Source of the DNA: Octopus sinensis
Lineage: Eukaryota
Reading direction: 5' to 3'
Length of the DNA stretch: 64,000 bases
Assembly: GCF_006345805.1 (NCBI RefSeq)
Contig: NC_043002.1
Location: 20,832,001 to 20,896,000 of the forward strand
Made by a program: the position numbers and the translations under genes. Below, piece after piece: positions 11,871 to 22,954 of this stretch. The stretch's first letter is position 1; the number at the start of each line of letters is the position of its first letter. The notes beneath the pieces were generated by a model, which saw nothing but the letters and a program-made list of their open reading frames with translations, did no database searches and was not told where the DNA came from.

Positions 11871-12339
11871 GGGTAAGATCGTCAGTGGTTCATGTGTAGT
11901 TACATTTTTGAAATCACACATACGTATATGCATATATGTATGTGTGTATGTAAGCATGTGTGAGTATGTACGTACGTAAGTATGTATATCTTCATATCTA
12001 TATACATGTTAAATATTTGTATATATATATACCTGTGTACGTACACATGCATGCACACACACGCACACACACGCACAAACACACTCACACACACGCACAC
12101 AAACACAAACACACTAACATCAATGGTGATAATGGAGAAATATTTTAGCCTGGCGTGTTGAAAATTCTTTATTAATCCTATTATTAAAGTGCCACTTATA
12201 GACATTTAAGTATTATCTATAAATGTTTGCGGATAAACCTTTTATTGCAAGAAAACTTGTTTTCAATGTCCATCGTGTGTTATTTAAAACTATTGCTGAC
12301 ACGCGTGTCATCGGCCAATCATCACTGATCTAGGATATT

Positions 12340-13140
12340 AAATATTACTTTTTAAAATAGGCTTAAGGTTCTAAATTTGGTGGAAGGTGGGTGGAGCTAT
12401 ATTTGTTAGCATTAATTTTTACTATTAGTTCAAGTCCATGAATATGGTGGGAGGAGCTATAGATGATGATATTAATTGATAAAATATTTGGTGGGAGGTT
12501 CAATAGTCGATTTATATTAATAATGTTAATTCAAGGATAGGCAGCGAGCTGGCAAGATCATTAGTACGTTGTGCAAAATGCTTAGCAGCATTCCATCTGT
12601 CTTTACGTCCCGAGTTCAAATTCCGCCGAGGCTGACTTTGCCTTTTATCCATTCGGTGTTGATAAAATAAGTACCAGTTGAGTATTGAGGTCGATGCAAT
12701 CAACTTGCCTCAACCCCGAAATTGCTATGTTAATATTTGAAACCAATATTAGTTCAAGAGCTTGAATTCGGTGACGATGATATTAATTTTTAACGTAAGC
12801 ACAAGACCCTATATTGGGTGGGCGGGGCCTTAAGCGATATTGATTTTTAACATAAGCTCAAGGCCCTAAATTTAGTGGGAGGGGTTATAGGTGATGGTAT
12901 TAATTTTTAATATAAGTTCAAAATCCTAAATCTGCTGGAAAGGGCTACACGTAATGACATTTATTTTTAATATGGGTTCAAGGCCCTAAATTTGGTGAGA
13001 GGTACTACAGAAGTTGTTATTAATTTTTGATATGGTACCAAGCTCCTATATTTGAGAGGAAATATTATAGTCGATTATAATGGTTTCTAATTTAGGAACA
13101 AGGCCACAGATATCAGGAAAAGATTATGTTGAATCCAGTA
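12340..13140 (+). repeat. Degenerate ~58-bp tandem array interrupted by a SINE B (12535-12745)
   Basis: Recurring unit attaatttttaa.ataagttcaaggccctaaatttggtgggagggg.ta.a(g/t).gat.at, about 10 copies. Confidence 0.75.
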
Positions 13141-13580
13141 CTTTATTGATATTAATTATATATCGCTCTCTTGAGAATGCAAGGCAAAACCGACTTCGGT
13201 TGAAAGCGGTCGATAGATCACACACGCTAGACTGGGCAAATAAGAGAGAATTTACTTGATTGGTGAACCTGTTAGAAACACCAGGCATGTCATCAGTAAA
13301 TTACACCCTAGCGTCACACATAACGCACATTATATAATGATATAAATGTTCTAGGACGAAACTAAAAGAAAAAGCAACAATAGTAACAATATACACTCCG
13401 AAGCCATCGAGGTAGTCTCGATGCAGTCTCTTGACTTGAAACCAGATCAAGAAGATTTTTAATTTCTCACACCGCCTTATGAGAGATATATATGTCGAAA
13501 CACAGCAAACTTGCCAGCGTTCATTTCATCATATACACGGTAGTCACATTCGGTTAAAATGGCTTATTGATGTGTTTTGT

Positions 13581-13675
13581 TTCTCCCCCCCCCCTGATGA
13601 GATGATTACATTGTTTTACATCATTTTATTCCCTCAGGAATAATACCAATGTTTTCTTCGAAACATATGTCAGAA
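13581..13675 (+). ncRNA. Degenerate type I hammerhead-like motif with a long loop II
   Basis: TTCT-(C)n-CTGATGA-GATG...CTTC-GAAAC-ATAT-GTC-AGAA. Palindromic stem III ACATATGT with a GUC triplet; stem I is broken by a C-run. Confidence 0.4.
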
Positions 13676-13712
13676 GTATAAAGATTTGAATACGACCTGC
13701 GTTTAAGTCCAC

Positions 13713-13753
<41 letters not shown>

Positions 13754-13786
13754 TAAGAAAGTTTGTTTGGTAAAGCACGTTGGTGA

Positions 13787-14044
13787 ATATATAAGAAAAT
13801 AGTAAAGAGTGAAAAAACGACAGAAGGCTTAAATGTTAAAAAATATATATATTTGCGTCAAAATGTCTGGAGAATATTGGAAAAAAATTTTTCCTCCTTA
13901 AAATGACATAATTTTATAATTTTTAAATTTTTAAAAATTATAAAATTATGTCATTTTAAGGAGGAATTCTCCAGACATTTTGACGCAAATATATATATTT
14001 TTAACATTTAAGCCTTCTGTCGTTTTTTCACTCTTTACTATTTT

Positions 14045-14053
<9 letters not shown>
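13787..14053. repeat. Near-perfect ~125-bp-arm palindrome with essentially no spacer
   Basis: The arms are reverse complements centred at ~13928; the left arm has one ~16-nt extra segment. Confidence 0.95.
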
Positions 14054-14083
<30 letters not shown>

Positions 14084-14086
<3 letters not shown>

Positions 14087-14535
14087 CAAATTCAAAATGC
14101 GATAAAATAAAATAATTATTATCGCTGGTGTTTCTAGCACCGGCCATATATTATTCATATATAAGTAGATTAAAGGCGAAGTATGTACTAGAAACACAGA
14201 AGCTAGATAAATTTAGTGAAATGAAGATAAAAACTTTTACTAACTCTGTTCATCTTAGACTGCAGTTTCGCCTTGTTCATCAATAAAAATAATATTTATT
14301 TACTCAGGTAGGCTCTTCAGTAAGATTCCTGTTATTATGAAGCGCAACTCGATAGACGCATGTGCGTCTAATAATTTGCTCTTTCTAACTAATCAGATCA
14401 CTGCGCAGACGCAGAACGAACCCGACAAACTAGGGATTTCTGGTATATAGTCTAACGCTCAAAATTTATCGAGAAATATGTAAACAAATTCAAAATGCGA
14501 TAAAATAAAATTAATTATTATCGCTGGTGTTTCTA
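14084..14535 (-). mobile_element. Terminally redundant 398-nt unit carrying a hammerhead ribozyme (retrozyme-like / Penelope pLTR-derived)
   Basis: 53-nt direct repeats aaacaaattcaaaatgcgataaaataaaat(t)aattattatcgctggtgtttcta at 14084-14136 and 14482-14535, TA-rich flanks, central HHR. Confidence 0.7.
14252..14326 (-). ncRNA. Type I hammerhead ribozyme with canonical core
   Basis: ATCTTA (stem I)-CTGAAGA-GCCT-36-nt loop-AGGC-GAAA-C-TGCA-GTC-TAAGAT (stem I). All core nucleotides are conserved; the predicted cut lies between 14258 and 14257. Confidence 0.8.
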
Positions 14536-14541
14536 ATATAT

Positions 14542-15230
14542 GGATCTAAGACTTTTCGTCTAAAACACTTTGATCTAATGGACTGAAGAGTTTTGGTCTA
14601 AAGTGACGTTTTTGTCTAAATGTGACATTTTTGTCTAAATGCCCTTTAGTATAAAGATATTTTTGTCTATAGAATCTGAGAAAAAAATTTAAAAGATCTA
14701 AATAACTATACTCTGATAATCTTTATTGTCTTTAGACGAAAATGCTTAGACGAAAGTGTCTTCAGATGAAAATGCTTTTAGACCAAAGTGGTTTAGGAGT
14801 GGCTGTGTGTCAAGTAGCTTGCTTACGAACCGCATGGTTCCGGGTTCAGTCCCACTGCGTGGCACCTTGGTCAAGTGTTTTCTATTATAGCTTCGGGCCG
14901 ACCAAAGACTTGTGAGTGGATTTGGTGGACGGAAACTGAAAGCAGCCCGTCGTATATATGCGTGTGTGTGTATATGTTTGTGTGTCTGTTTGTCCCACCA
15001 ACATCGCTTGACAACCGATGGTGGTGTGTTGACGTCCCCGTAACTTAGCGGTTCTGCAAAAGAGACCGATAGAATAAGTACTAGGCTTATAAAGAATAAA
15101 TCCCGAGGTCGATTTGCTCGACTAAAGGCTGTACTCCAGCATGGCCGCAGTCAAATACCTGAAACAAGTAAAAGAGTAAAAGAGTAAAGAGAGTTAGACC
15201 AAAGCATTTTAGACCAAAGTGCCGTATCCC
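14542..15230. mobile_element. Foldback-type non-autonomous DNA element with inverted arrays of TT(C/G/T)GTCTAA motifs, with a nested SINE A
   Basis: Left end ggatctaagacttttcgtctaa and right end ttagaccaaagtgccgtatcc. Repeated ..gtctaa on the left and ttagac.aa on the right; TA-rich flanks. Confidence 0.65.
14794..15192 (+). mobile_element. SINE family A, full length, nested in the foldback element
   Basis: taggagtggctgtgtgtcaagtagc...gaaacaagtaaaagagtaaaagag. Confidence 0.92.
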
Positions 15231-15499
15231 TTATATATATACACCGTCAGTGGATCATATATCTGAAAAAGAAACTCACTCTAAAACTTAGGGCGGACAT
15301 ATATTTAACTTCATATGTATGTATGTCAATGTGTGTGTGCGCGTGCGTAGTGTGTGTGTGTCAGCCTGGGTGTGTGAGAGTAGTATTGGTTGAAAAAGCA
15401 GAATGTTAAAATAATATTATTACTATTATATTTCATTAAGTATTTTCTTCCTCAAAGGTGATCAGGGAGCGGAGAGTTCAAATCTCTTCCAAGAAGGGG

Positions 15500-15750
15500 G
15501 ATGGGTGAATGGCTATAATGATGATGAAGAGGAAGAGGAAGGGGAGAAGGATGACAACGACGACGACAACAATGACGATGATGATGATGAGGATGAGGAA
15601 GAGGAGGAGGTGAAGGAGGAAGAGCAGGAGAATGTCAAGCATATTAACTAATGATAACAATATGAAGTAAAAAAAGAACAAAACAATAAAAAAACACGTG
15701 AATATGACAAAATGACTAAGATGGACATAATTTGGTGATGAAGACAGAAC

Positions 15751-15781
<31 letters not shown>

Positions 15782-15947
15782 TGGTAATGATAATGATAAT
15801 GATGACGAGAGGAAGAGAAGGAAGGAAGAGGGGGTAGAAGAGGAGAAAGAGGAAGAAGAGAGGAGGAGGTGTGAGGGGAATCTTTTATTTGCCACAGGGG
15901 CATAGATGAAGGCTATAATAATAATAATAATAATAATAACAACAATG

Positions 15948-16008
<61 letters not shown>

Positions 16009-16032
16009 TAATAATAAAACAATAGCGATAAT

Positions 16033-16080
<48 letters not shown>

Positions 16081-16103
16081 AATAATAATAATAATAATAA
16101 TAA

Positions 16104-16142
<39 letters not shown>

Positions 16143-16450
16143 GCGGCTGAATGTCCACTTAGATATGTGATGCATGCTAGATGTTAATAGGATGATAACA
16201 TGATTAATATTTCCTCTCGTCTTTTAATAAATCACTCATGCCTGGTACATTGGTCGTAGAGATGTTGCTGTAGTGGTGGTGGTAGTAGCAGTGGCGGTGG
16301 TGGTAGTGGAGGTGGCGGTGGTAGTGGTGGCATTAGTACTTTTGTAATTGATTATGTGATTGTTGCTGTTGTTGTTTTAATGGTGTTGGTAATTGGTGGT
16401 ACTGTAGTAGTACTTGTTAGCGTTGTTGTTGTAGTTGTTATTCAGGGTGT
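15500..16450. repeat. Compound trinucleotide microsatellites (GAT/GAG, TAA, CAA, GAA, GTG/GTT)
   Basis: Direct reading; accounts for the poly-L/poly-I ORFs in the track. Confidence 0.95.
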
Positions 16451-16464
16451 TGGGGATTGTGTTA

Positions 16465-16968
16465 TTGTTGAGCCCATAAAATAGGATTTGACTACACTTC
16501 CATTTAGAGCACAATTTAAGCTATCTTTTCGTGGAAGAAGATTTATGTTCCTATAACCTGTGTTAATTCTGTAACCCTTTTCAATAGAAGATAAGAAAGT
16601 TCATTTTCTGCACTTAATGCTTTGGGAACCAGACAAAAATTGCTGCAGCTCGGCTGGGATGTGTTACCCACCTTCCATATTCACCAGATATTGCTCCTTT
16701 GGATTTCCACTTATTCAGGTCTCTGCAGAATAATCTTAATGGTAAAAATTTCAATTCCCTGGATGACGTAAAAAGATACCTTGATGAATTCTTTGTCATG
16801 AAACCACCTCAATTCTGGGAAGAGGGTATTTTCAAGTTAGAGTAAAGATGGAGACACATTGTGCAACAAAATGGTTCATATTTGGTTGATTAAAAATGTA
16901 ATGGCAAGTATTTAATGACCTTTTTCTTTCCTTTAAAAATCGGCACGAACTTTCCGGACAACCCAATA
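16465..16968 (+). mobile_element. Internally deleted mariner (Tc1/mariner) element
   Basis: N-terminal IEDKKVHFLHLMLWE (from 16584) is fused to the C-terminal TRQKLLQLGWDVL..PYSPDIAPLDFHLFRSLQNNLNG...RWRHIVQQNGSYLVD*. The right TIR aaaatcggcacgaactttccggacaacccaaTA ends at 16968; the left TIR is unclear. Confidence 0.9.
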
Positions 16969-17588
16969 CATCGGGCGACTATCTAGGGGCTCCTTCATCA
17001 ACGCATTGTCGATGTTTCTCACTGGCGATAGTATTGGTGATGATGATGATGATAGTGGTAATGTTATTAATGGTAAAGTACAAGTTATAGTTTAACCCCA
17101 GGTCGGTCCAATTCAGTAGACCTACGACCAAAAGCACCTCACCAGTGACCAATCCATCATTTTTTCACTTATATATCTAATATTATGTTGAACTTGTTGC
17201 TTAGATTCAGAGATTCTCTTACAGATATGGTTCTTATACAGAGAGTGATAGAACCAAGAAAGAAAAATCAACAATGAGGTTAGAAGAATCGCAGTCAATG
17301 AGATATGTCGAGAGCAAAATGTATATTCTGGTGAGAAAGGGCTGGGAAAGAGTGATTCAAAATGGGTTATAAAAACAAAATTTATGTTAGCACAGTTTAC
17401 GAATTAAGCTTTTGTGTTCGCCAACATGTTCTTCCAACTCATATTTAATCTTTCTCTAATCTTTCCATCTTCCGCTCAGTATAACATCTCATCTTTCTAT
17501 CTACATTCCAAATGCGCAACAAGAAAGTAAAAAAAATCAGTTGCTTGGTTTTCTGTATATTGCGAACTGGAGCGAATTACTGATATCT

Positions 17589-17668
17589 CTAGCGGACGGG
17601 TGTTCACCACTGACGATGGACATAAATAGCCCGAAACCCTACAATATGGTGATCCCGTTGTCTGCTAG
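17589..17668 (+). ncRNA. Type I hammerhead-like motif with extended bulged stem I and degraded stem III
   Basis: CTAGCGGAC-GGG-tgt-TCACCA-CTGACGA-t-GGAC-ataaata-GCCC-GAAA-ccctacaa-TA-TGGTGA-t-CCC-gtt-GTCTGCTAG. Confidence 0.6.
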
Positions 17669-17676
17669 ATAATGGT

Positions 17677-18075
17677 AAGGCGGCAAGTTAGCAGAAACGT
17701 AGCACGCCGGGCGAAATGCTCAGCAGTATTTCGTGTCTTTACGTTATGGGTTCAAATTCCGCCGAGGTCGACTTTGCCTTTCATCCTTTCGGGCTCGATT
17801 GATTAAGTACCAGTTACGCACTGTGGTCGATATAATCGACTTAATCCGTTTGTCTGTTCTTGTTTGTCCTCTCTGCGATTAGCCCCTTGTGAGCAGTAAA
17901 GAAATAGGTATTTCGTCTGCCGCTACGTTCTGAGTTCAAATTCCGCCGAGGTCTACTTTGCCTTTCATCCTTTCGGGGTCGATAAAATAAGTACCAGTGG
18001 GGTCGATATAATCAACGTAATCCGTTTGTCTGTCCTCTCTGTGTTTAGCCCCTTGTGGGCAACAAAGAAATAAGA
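17677..18075 (+). mobile_element. SINE family B, head plus tandem dimer
   Basis: Unit starts at 17726 and 17908; junction aaagaaataggtatttcg. Confidence 0.92.
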
Positions 18076-18959
18076 AGGGTTCGCTCCCACGCTTGTAATA
18101 TATACTGGGTGCTGATTGCATCGATAACCAACTGGAGGAGGCTCTTCCTGGGGTTAAAAACTGTAGTAACGTCGGTTCCACCTATGGAACAGCCATATTG
18201 ATGTGGTGATAAGAATCACTTATACACGCACATATTGAATATATATTCGCATGACAACAAGTGCGAGTGCCATACGTAACATCATCTCTAGATCTTGCAA
18301 CCCTCTGTGTGTGCACGCACGTGTGTGCACGTGTATGTGTGCGTGTGCTTGTGAAGACATATGAGTTAGTAACCCAACTTCCATTACCCGTATACATGTA
18401 TGACACCACGTACCTATGAATGCATATTATTATGTCAGCTATTTGTATGTATACATGTGTGTGAGGTTATGTATAAACATCTAACAAACTGCCTGACTGC
18501 GATCGATTTATATGCGCATATGTGCAGATGCGTGGGTGTGTTTATGTATGTGCATGCATGTGTGAATAATGCTATTGAAAGGTTGCCTAATGCGGTGACT
18601 GTTAGCCTCACTAAAATCAGTCCTGTACTTCAAAATGACAGATTTTTCTTTCATCCCTTCTCGTCCCAACACTTCATTTTTTTTCTTAACCTTATCCTAT
18701 CTCCCCTCCTTCATTACTCTCAGCCAAATTTATTTTCATTCTCTCTAATAACTCCTTTCTCTTTGACCATTTTCTTCCCAAGATTGCGTGACAATTTATT
18801 CTCTGTCATTCCCTGTCAGTCTCTTTTGTGTCCACGCCTTCATGGACTACGGACAAAGAAAACCTTTTCTCGCTCGTTGAAAAAAAAAAGAACATTACCC
18901 GAAACGTCAAAGACCTTTCTTTCAACAGCACACGAACTTAAGATGCCATACCAATAAAT

Positions 18960-19300
18960 GTTTCTGTTCTCCTTTCGTGATTGCTTTTTTCTCTTTCTTT
19001 CTCTCCTTTCCTTCCATCCTTCCTTCCTGCCTTCCTTCCTTCCTTCCTTCCTTCCTTCCATCCTTTGTTTCCTTTCTTCCTTTCGCTTTGGCTTTTCCCT
19101 CTGTCGTTGTTCAGAAAATATTTTGTACTTACAGAAAATTTCTGTACCCTACTCTCTCTTTCTCTCTCCCTCTCTCCCTCTCTTTCCCGTTCTCTCTTTC
19201 TCTCTCTCTTTCTTTCTTTCCCTCTCCCTCCCCTCCTCTCTCTCTTTCTCTCACCTTCTGTCTCTCTCTGTGGCATTTTCCCTTTCACTCTCCATATAGG
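18960..19300. repeat. (CTTC)n/(CT)n polypyrimidine tract
   Basis: Direct reading. Confidence 0.9.
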
Positions 19301-19582
19301 GTTTTAAGCCAGCATCCGTTTCTCTTTTATGTAACTTTCTTCTTGTCTTTCTATTAATTTATCTTTCTTGACATGAAGTGTTATGCTTTGCCTCTTTGAC
19401 AGTTATAGAATAACCTTTATCGGGGAGAATCGGTGGTTGAGTGCTTCAGTGGCTGATCAATCATTCGTTTATTCAATCACATCTAATCTAAGGCTACAAA
19501 AGAGAGAAAAAAAACAACAAAATAAAAACAAAAGCATTCACCAAACGACTTAAATACACCGCTTCACTTTAAAGATACTACA

Positions 19583-19745
19583 CCATAGTGGCTGTATGGT
19601 AAGAAGCTTTCTTCCCCAACTGCATGTTCCCGGGTTCATTCCACAGGTGTTCTTGAGCAAGTGTCTTCTACTATTGTCTTGGACCGACCAAAACCCCGTG
19701 AGTGGATTTGGGAAACAGAAAATGAAAGAAGCCCGTCGTTCCCTA
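19583..19745 (+). mobile_element. SINE family A, 5' half
   Basis: agtggctgtatggtaagaagc...gaaagaagcccgtcg followed by (TA)n. Confidence 0.85.
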
Positions 19746-19789
19746 ATATATATATATATATATATATATTATATAATATATATATATAT

Positions 19790-20130
19790 ATAGGAATAAA
19801 AATTATATATAAGAAACAAGAACGTGAAATACACAAAAAGGGACGAACACAGAAAAACAGACGGGTCATTCGAAGCCTTTAATCTTCATTCAGAAACCGG
19901 ATCATCATAGCAAATTTCGGCTGATTAATATCTGATATTTCTCCAACGCGGCCAGCCCCAAGGAAAACTAAGCTGTGAGCATTAGATTTCTTGGAAAAAG
20001 AACGAATGTAAACGCAAACAGGGACGAATATAAATACAAAGAATGAAAACAAAAATAAAAAAACAAGAATGGTTAATAACAGGATAACAGCAGGTGTCTT
20101 ACGACTTTAGACAAAATGAGACAAATATAA
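19790..20130 (-). mobile_element. Dispersed repeat, probably Penelope pLTR-type (related copy at ~29760-29960)
   Basis: Shared gacgggtcattcgaag...ttc(a/c)tcag...atttcg(g/a)ctgatta motif in both copies. Confidence 0.45.
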
Positions 20131-20363
20131 CTTATCTAGCAGGCGTGTTTGGAAAATTGCCTTTTCGGCAGAGGGGGAACGATGTTGAGCGGGCCGCGGT
20201 CACCAACGAAATGGCTTGTTAAGCAGCAGGTCACAACAGGGTAGAGAGAGAGAGAGAAAGAGAGACAGAGAGAGAAGGAATTAAAGAGGGTGGAAGACAG
20301 AGGGCGCCGAGGATTGACCAGGTCACGTGAGAATAAGAGAGAGAGAGAGAGAGAGAAAGAAGG

Positions 20364-20418
<55 letters not shown>

Positions 20419-20454
20419 TGTATGTATGTATGTATGCATTTATGTGTATGTGTC

Positions 20455-20665
20455 TTTATGTCTGTGTTTGTCCCCACCCCACACCATCGCTTGACAATCG
20501 ATGTTGGTGTGTTTATGTCCCCGTAATGTAGTGGTTCGACAAAAGAGATCGATAGAATAATTACTAAGCTTACAACGAATATGTCCCAGGGTCGATTTCT
20601 TTGACTAAAAAGTCCTTTAGGGAAGTGCTCCAGCATGGCCGCAGTCAAATGATTGAAACTATTAA
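20455..20665 (+). mobile_element. SINE family A, 3' half
   Basis: tttgtccccacc..atcgcttgacaatcgatg...ctccagcatggccgcagtcaaatgattgaaac. Confidence 0.85.
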
Positions 20666-20979
20666 ATATACTATACCACACTACTTTAAAACCACCAGTG
20701 ATATCAAACGCACTGAAAGAGACCCCCTTCGGCACTGGCGTAGCTGTCGGGACGGTGGGGGGCTGCAGGGGCAATCCGCCCCGGGCGGCACATTTGGGTC
20801 TGCTGTAGGCAATATGTGTTTTTTTGTGGGGTCCGAGGGCAGCAATAAATAAATAATAAATAAATAAATAAATGCCCATCCCGAAATATAACAAATCTGT
20901 TTCAACACATGGTTTCACATCAAGAATCCTGCAACAAAAATTCATAAACGTATTTCTTATCTTGATTTATTTATCGTGC

Positions 20980-21310
20980 ATGGCCGCTCTCCAGCCACGT
21001 GGTTTCAGGTTTAGTCTTCCTGCGCGGCACCTTGGGCAAGTGCCTTCTACTATTGTCCCGGGTCAACCAAATCTTTGTGCGTGGATTTGGTAGATGGAAA
21101 CTGCGTGGAAGTTCGTTGCATATGTGCGCGTGTGTCTTTGTATTTGCGCCCCACCACCGCTTGAAAACCGGTATGGGTTTCTTTACTTCCTTGTAACTTA
21201 GTGGTTCGACAAAAGCAACTCATGGAAAAGTATTAGATTTAAATATAAGTATTGGGATCGACTTGTTCGATCAAACCTTTCAAGGCGGTGCCCTGAATCT
21301 ATTAAAAACG
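20980..21310 (+). mobile_element. SINE family A, degenerate
   Basis: gcggcaccttgggcaagtg...ggatttggtagatggaaactg...aaggcggtgccc. Confidence 0.8.
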
Positions 21311-21942
21311 AAACGATCAAAGATATGAAAAAAAATTCATGAATGGCGTGTTTTTCAAAACTCTCATGCATTTAGTATTCGGTTTTAAAAATCACGAATC
21401 GTATTTTTAAAAGTCTTCAGTGTACCGTGATATCCCTCGGGGCGTAATTTGAGAGCGGCTGCGTCAAACATTACATCACGTTACCCTTTCGTTCCCACAT
21501 TTCTGTTAAAACACACTTTGTTTCAATTAATTTTAAAATACTGAAAAATTTAGTAAAATATTTCTGTCGTTACTACGCTCCTGTTTGGAACACATTAACA
21601 CGAAATTTTGATGGTGGATTTAGATTCAGATCATTAAAAGAGGAAGTTTGTGTCATAGAATCAGAGGTGGTCTCAAGCGGTTTGACATCAAAGACTTTAA
21701 TCTCATCATACGGCGTTGAATACGCCACACCACAACGTACGACACCACATGAAACGAGTCTCACTATTACACTATTATAGAAGGTACACACTAACACACA
21801 GTGGCAAAATGTGTACCCTGCCATTACATCCCTTACAACGTATGCGCGTGTTCAGCGTATATCTCAGTATGTATACATGTGAGTATGCAAGCAGCGAGCG
21901 TGCGTGTGTGTGTAAGTATGTGAGTGTGTGTGTGTGTGGTGT

Positions 21943-21978
<36 letters not shown>

Positions 21979-22120
21979 TGTTTGTGTGCGTGTGTGTTAT
22001 GAGCTCCCGGAATTGTATATTTATCGTCTGCTATTATCACTAATGTCTTGTAGATAACGGAAAACTCCGTTCATAATGAACCGTTACATCCGTTTGTCAG
22101 CTTTTTTACTGAGTATTTTT

Positions 22121-22176
22121 GTACGTGTGTACGTGTGTACGTGTGTACGTGTGTACGTGTGTACGTGTGTACGTGT
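22121..22176. repeat. (GTACGTGT)7 minisatellite
   Basis: Direct reading. Confidence 0.95.
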
Positions 22177-22189
22177 TGTACACACTTTT

Positions 22190-22370
22190 ATCTTTCACTT
22201 GTTTCAGTCTTTGGACTGCGACCATGCTGGAGCACCGCATTGAAAAGCACAGTCAAACAAATAGACCTTAGTACTTATTGTATTTATTCCTATTTTTAAG
22301 CTTGGCACTTATTTTATCGATATCTCTTGGCGAACTGTCACGGGAACGTAAACAAACCAACAGGGATCTT
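22190..22370 (-). mobile_element. SINE family A, 3' fragment
   Basis: cttgtttcagtctttggactgcgaccatgctggagcaccgc. Confidence 0.75.
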
Positions 22371-22804
22371 GGTGAGACGGAAAGATTCCCCCCACCAAAA
22401 AAAAAAAACCCCAAAAACCTGAGACTATCGTAGATGTCAGTTGTTTCCTGTATTATGCTATCGGTAATCTTTGCAACATGCAGAGCAAGTCTTATGCACT
22501 CGAAATATACACACGCACCAGTTATCTTGGAAATGAATGTTTACTTTCAGTAAATTATTTGTTCTTGATGGTCCAATGACGACGGCGGAGGCCTAACATA
22601 CACAGGTTTAACGTACTGGAAGTATGTAACTGCAGACCTACATTGAATCTACATTAGCGGTTTAGTATCCATCATAATATCGTTTCGAAACTCAGAGATG
22701 ATGACGACTGCAGCTCGGCAGCACAGTCAACGACCAAGCAACTTATTAAGGATAGCAGTGCTTATTCCCAACGTAAGAGGGAACTAGAAAATGTGTTCAA
22801 AACC

Positions 22805-22945
22805 AGTGCTCTGCAACTGGTATGCTGCGGCACACTGGTGTGTCATGAGACGATGCTAGCTGTGCCGCAGTGTAACCTAAATGTAATTTTTCCCTATACT
22901 TTGAGTTATATTTTTAGTTCAGGTGTCGCACCGAATTTTGAAAAT
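22805..22945 (+). mobile_element. Possible hAT-Charlie-like MITE end
   Basis: cagtgctctgcaactggtatgctgcggcacactggtgtgtc resembles CAGTG(G/T)TTCTCAAC..TGCCGCGGCACAC termini. Confidence 0.35.
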
Positions 22946-22954
22946 AATGTAAGT

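Noticed and set aside
20136-20945. 269-aa minus-strand ORF
   Set aside because: A chimera of SINE, microsatellite and GC-rich repeat sequence.
20732-21582. hAT-like element bounded by cactggcgtagc / ctacgctcctg
   Set aside because: TIRs are poor and there is no 8-bp TSD.
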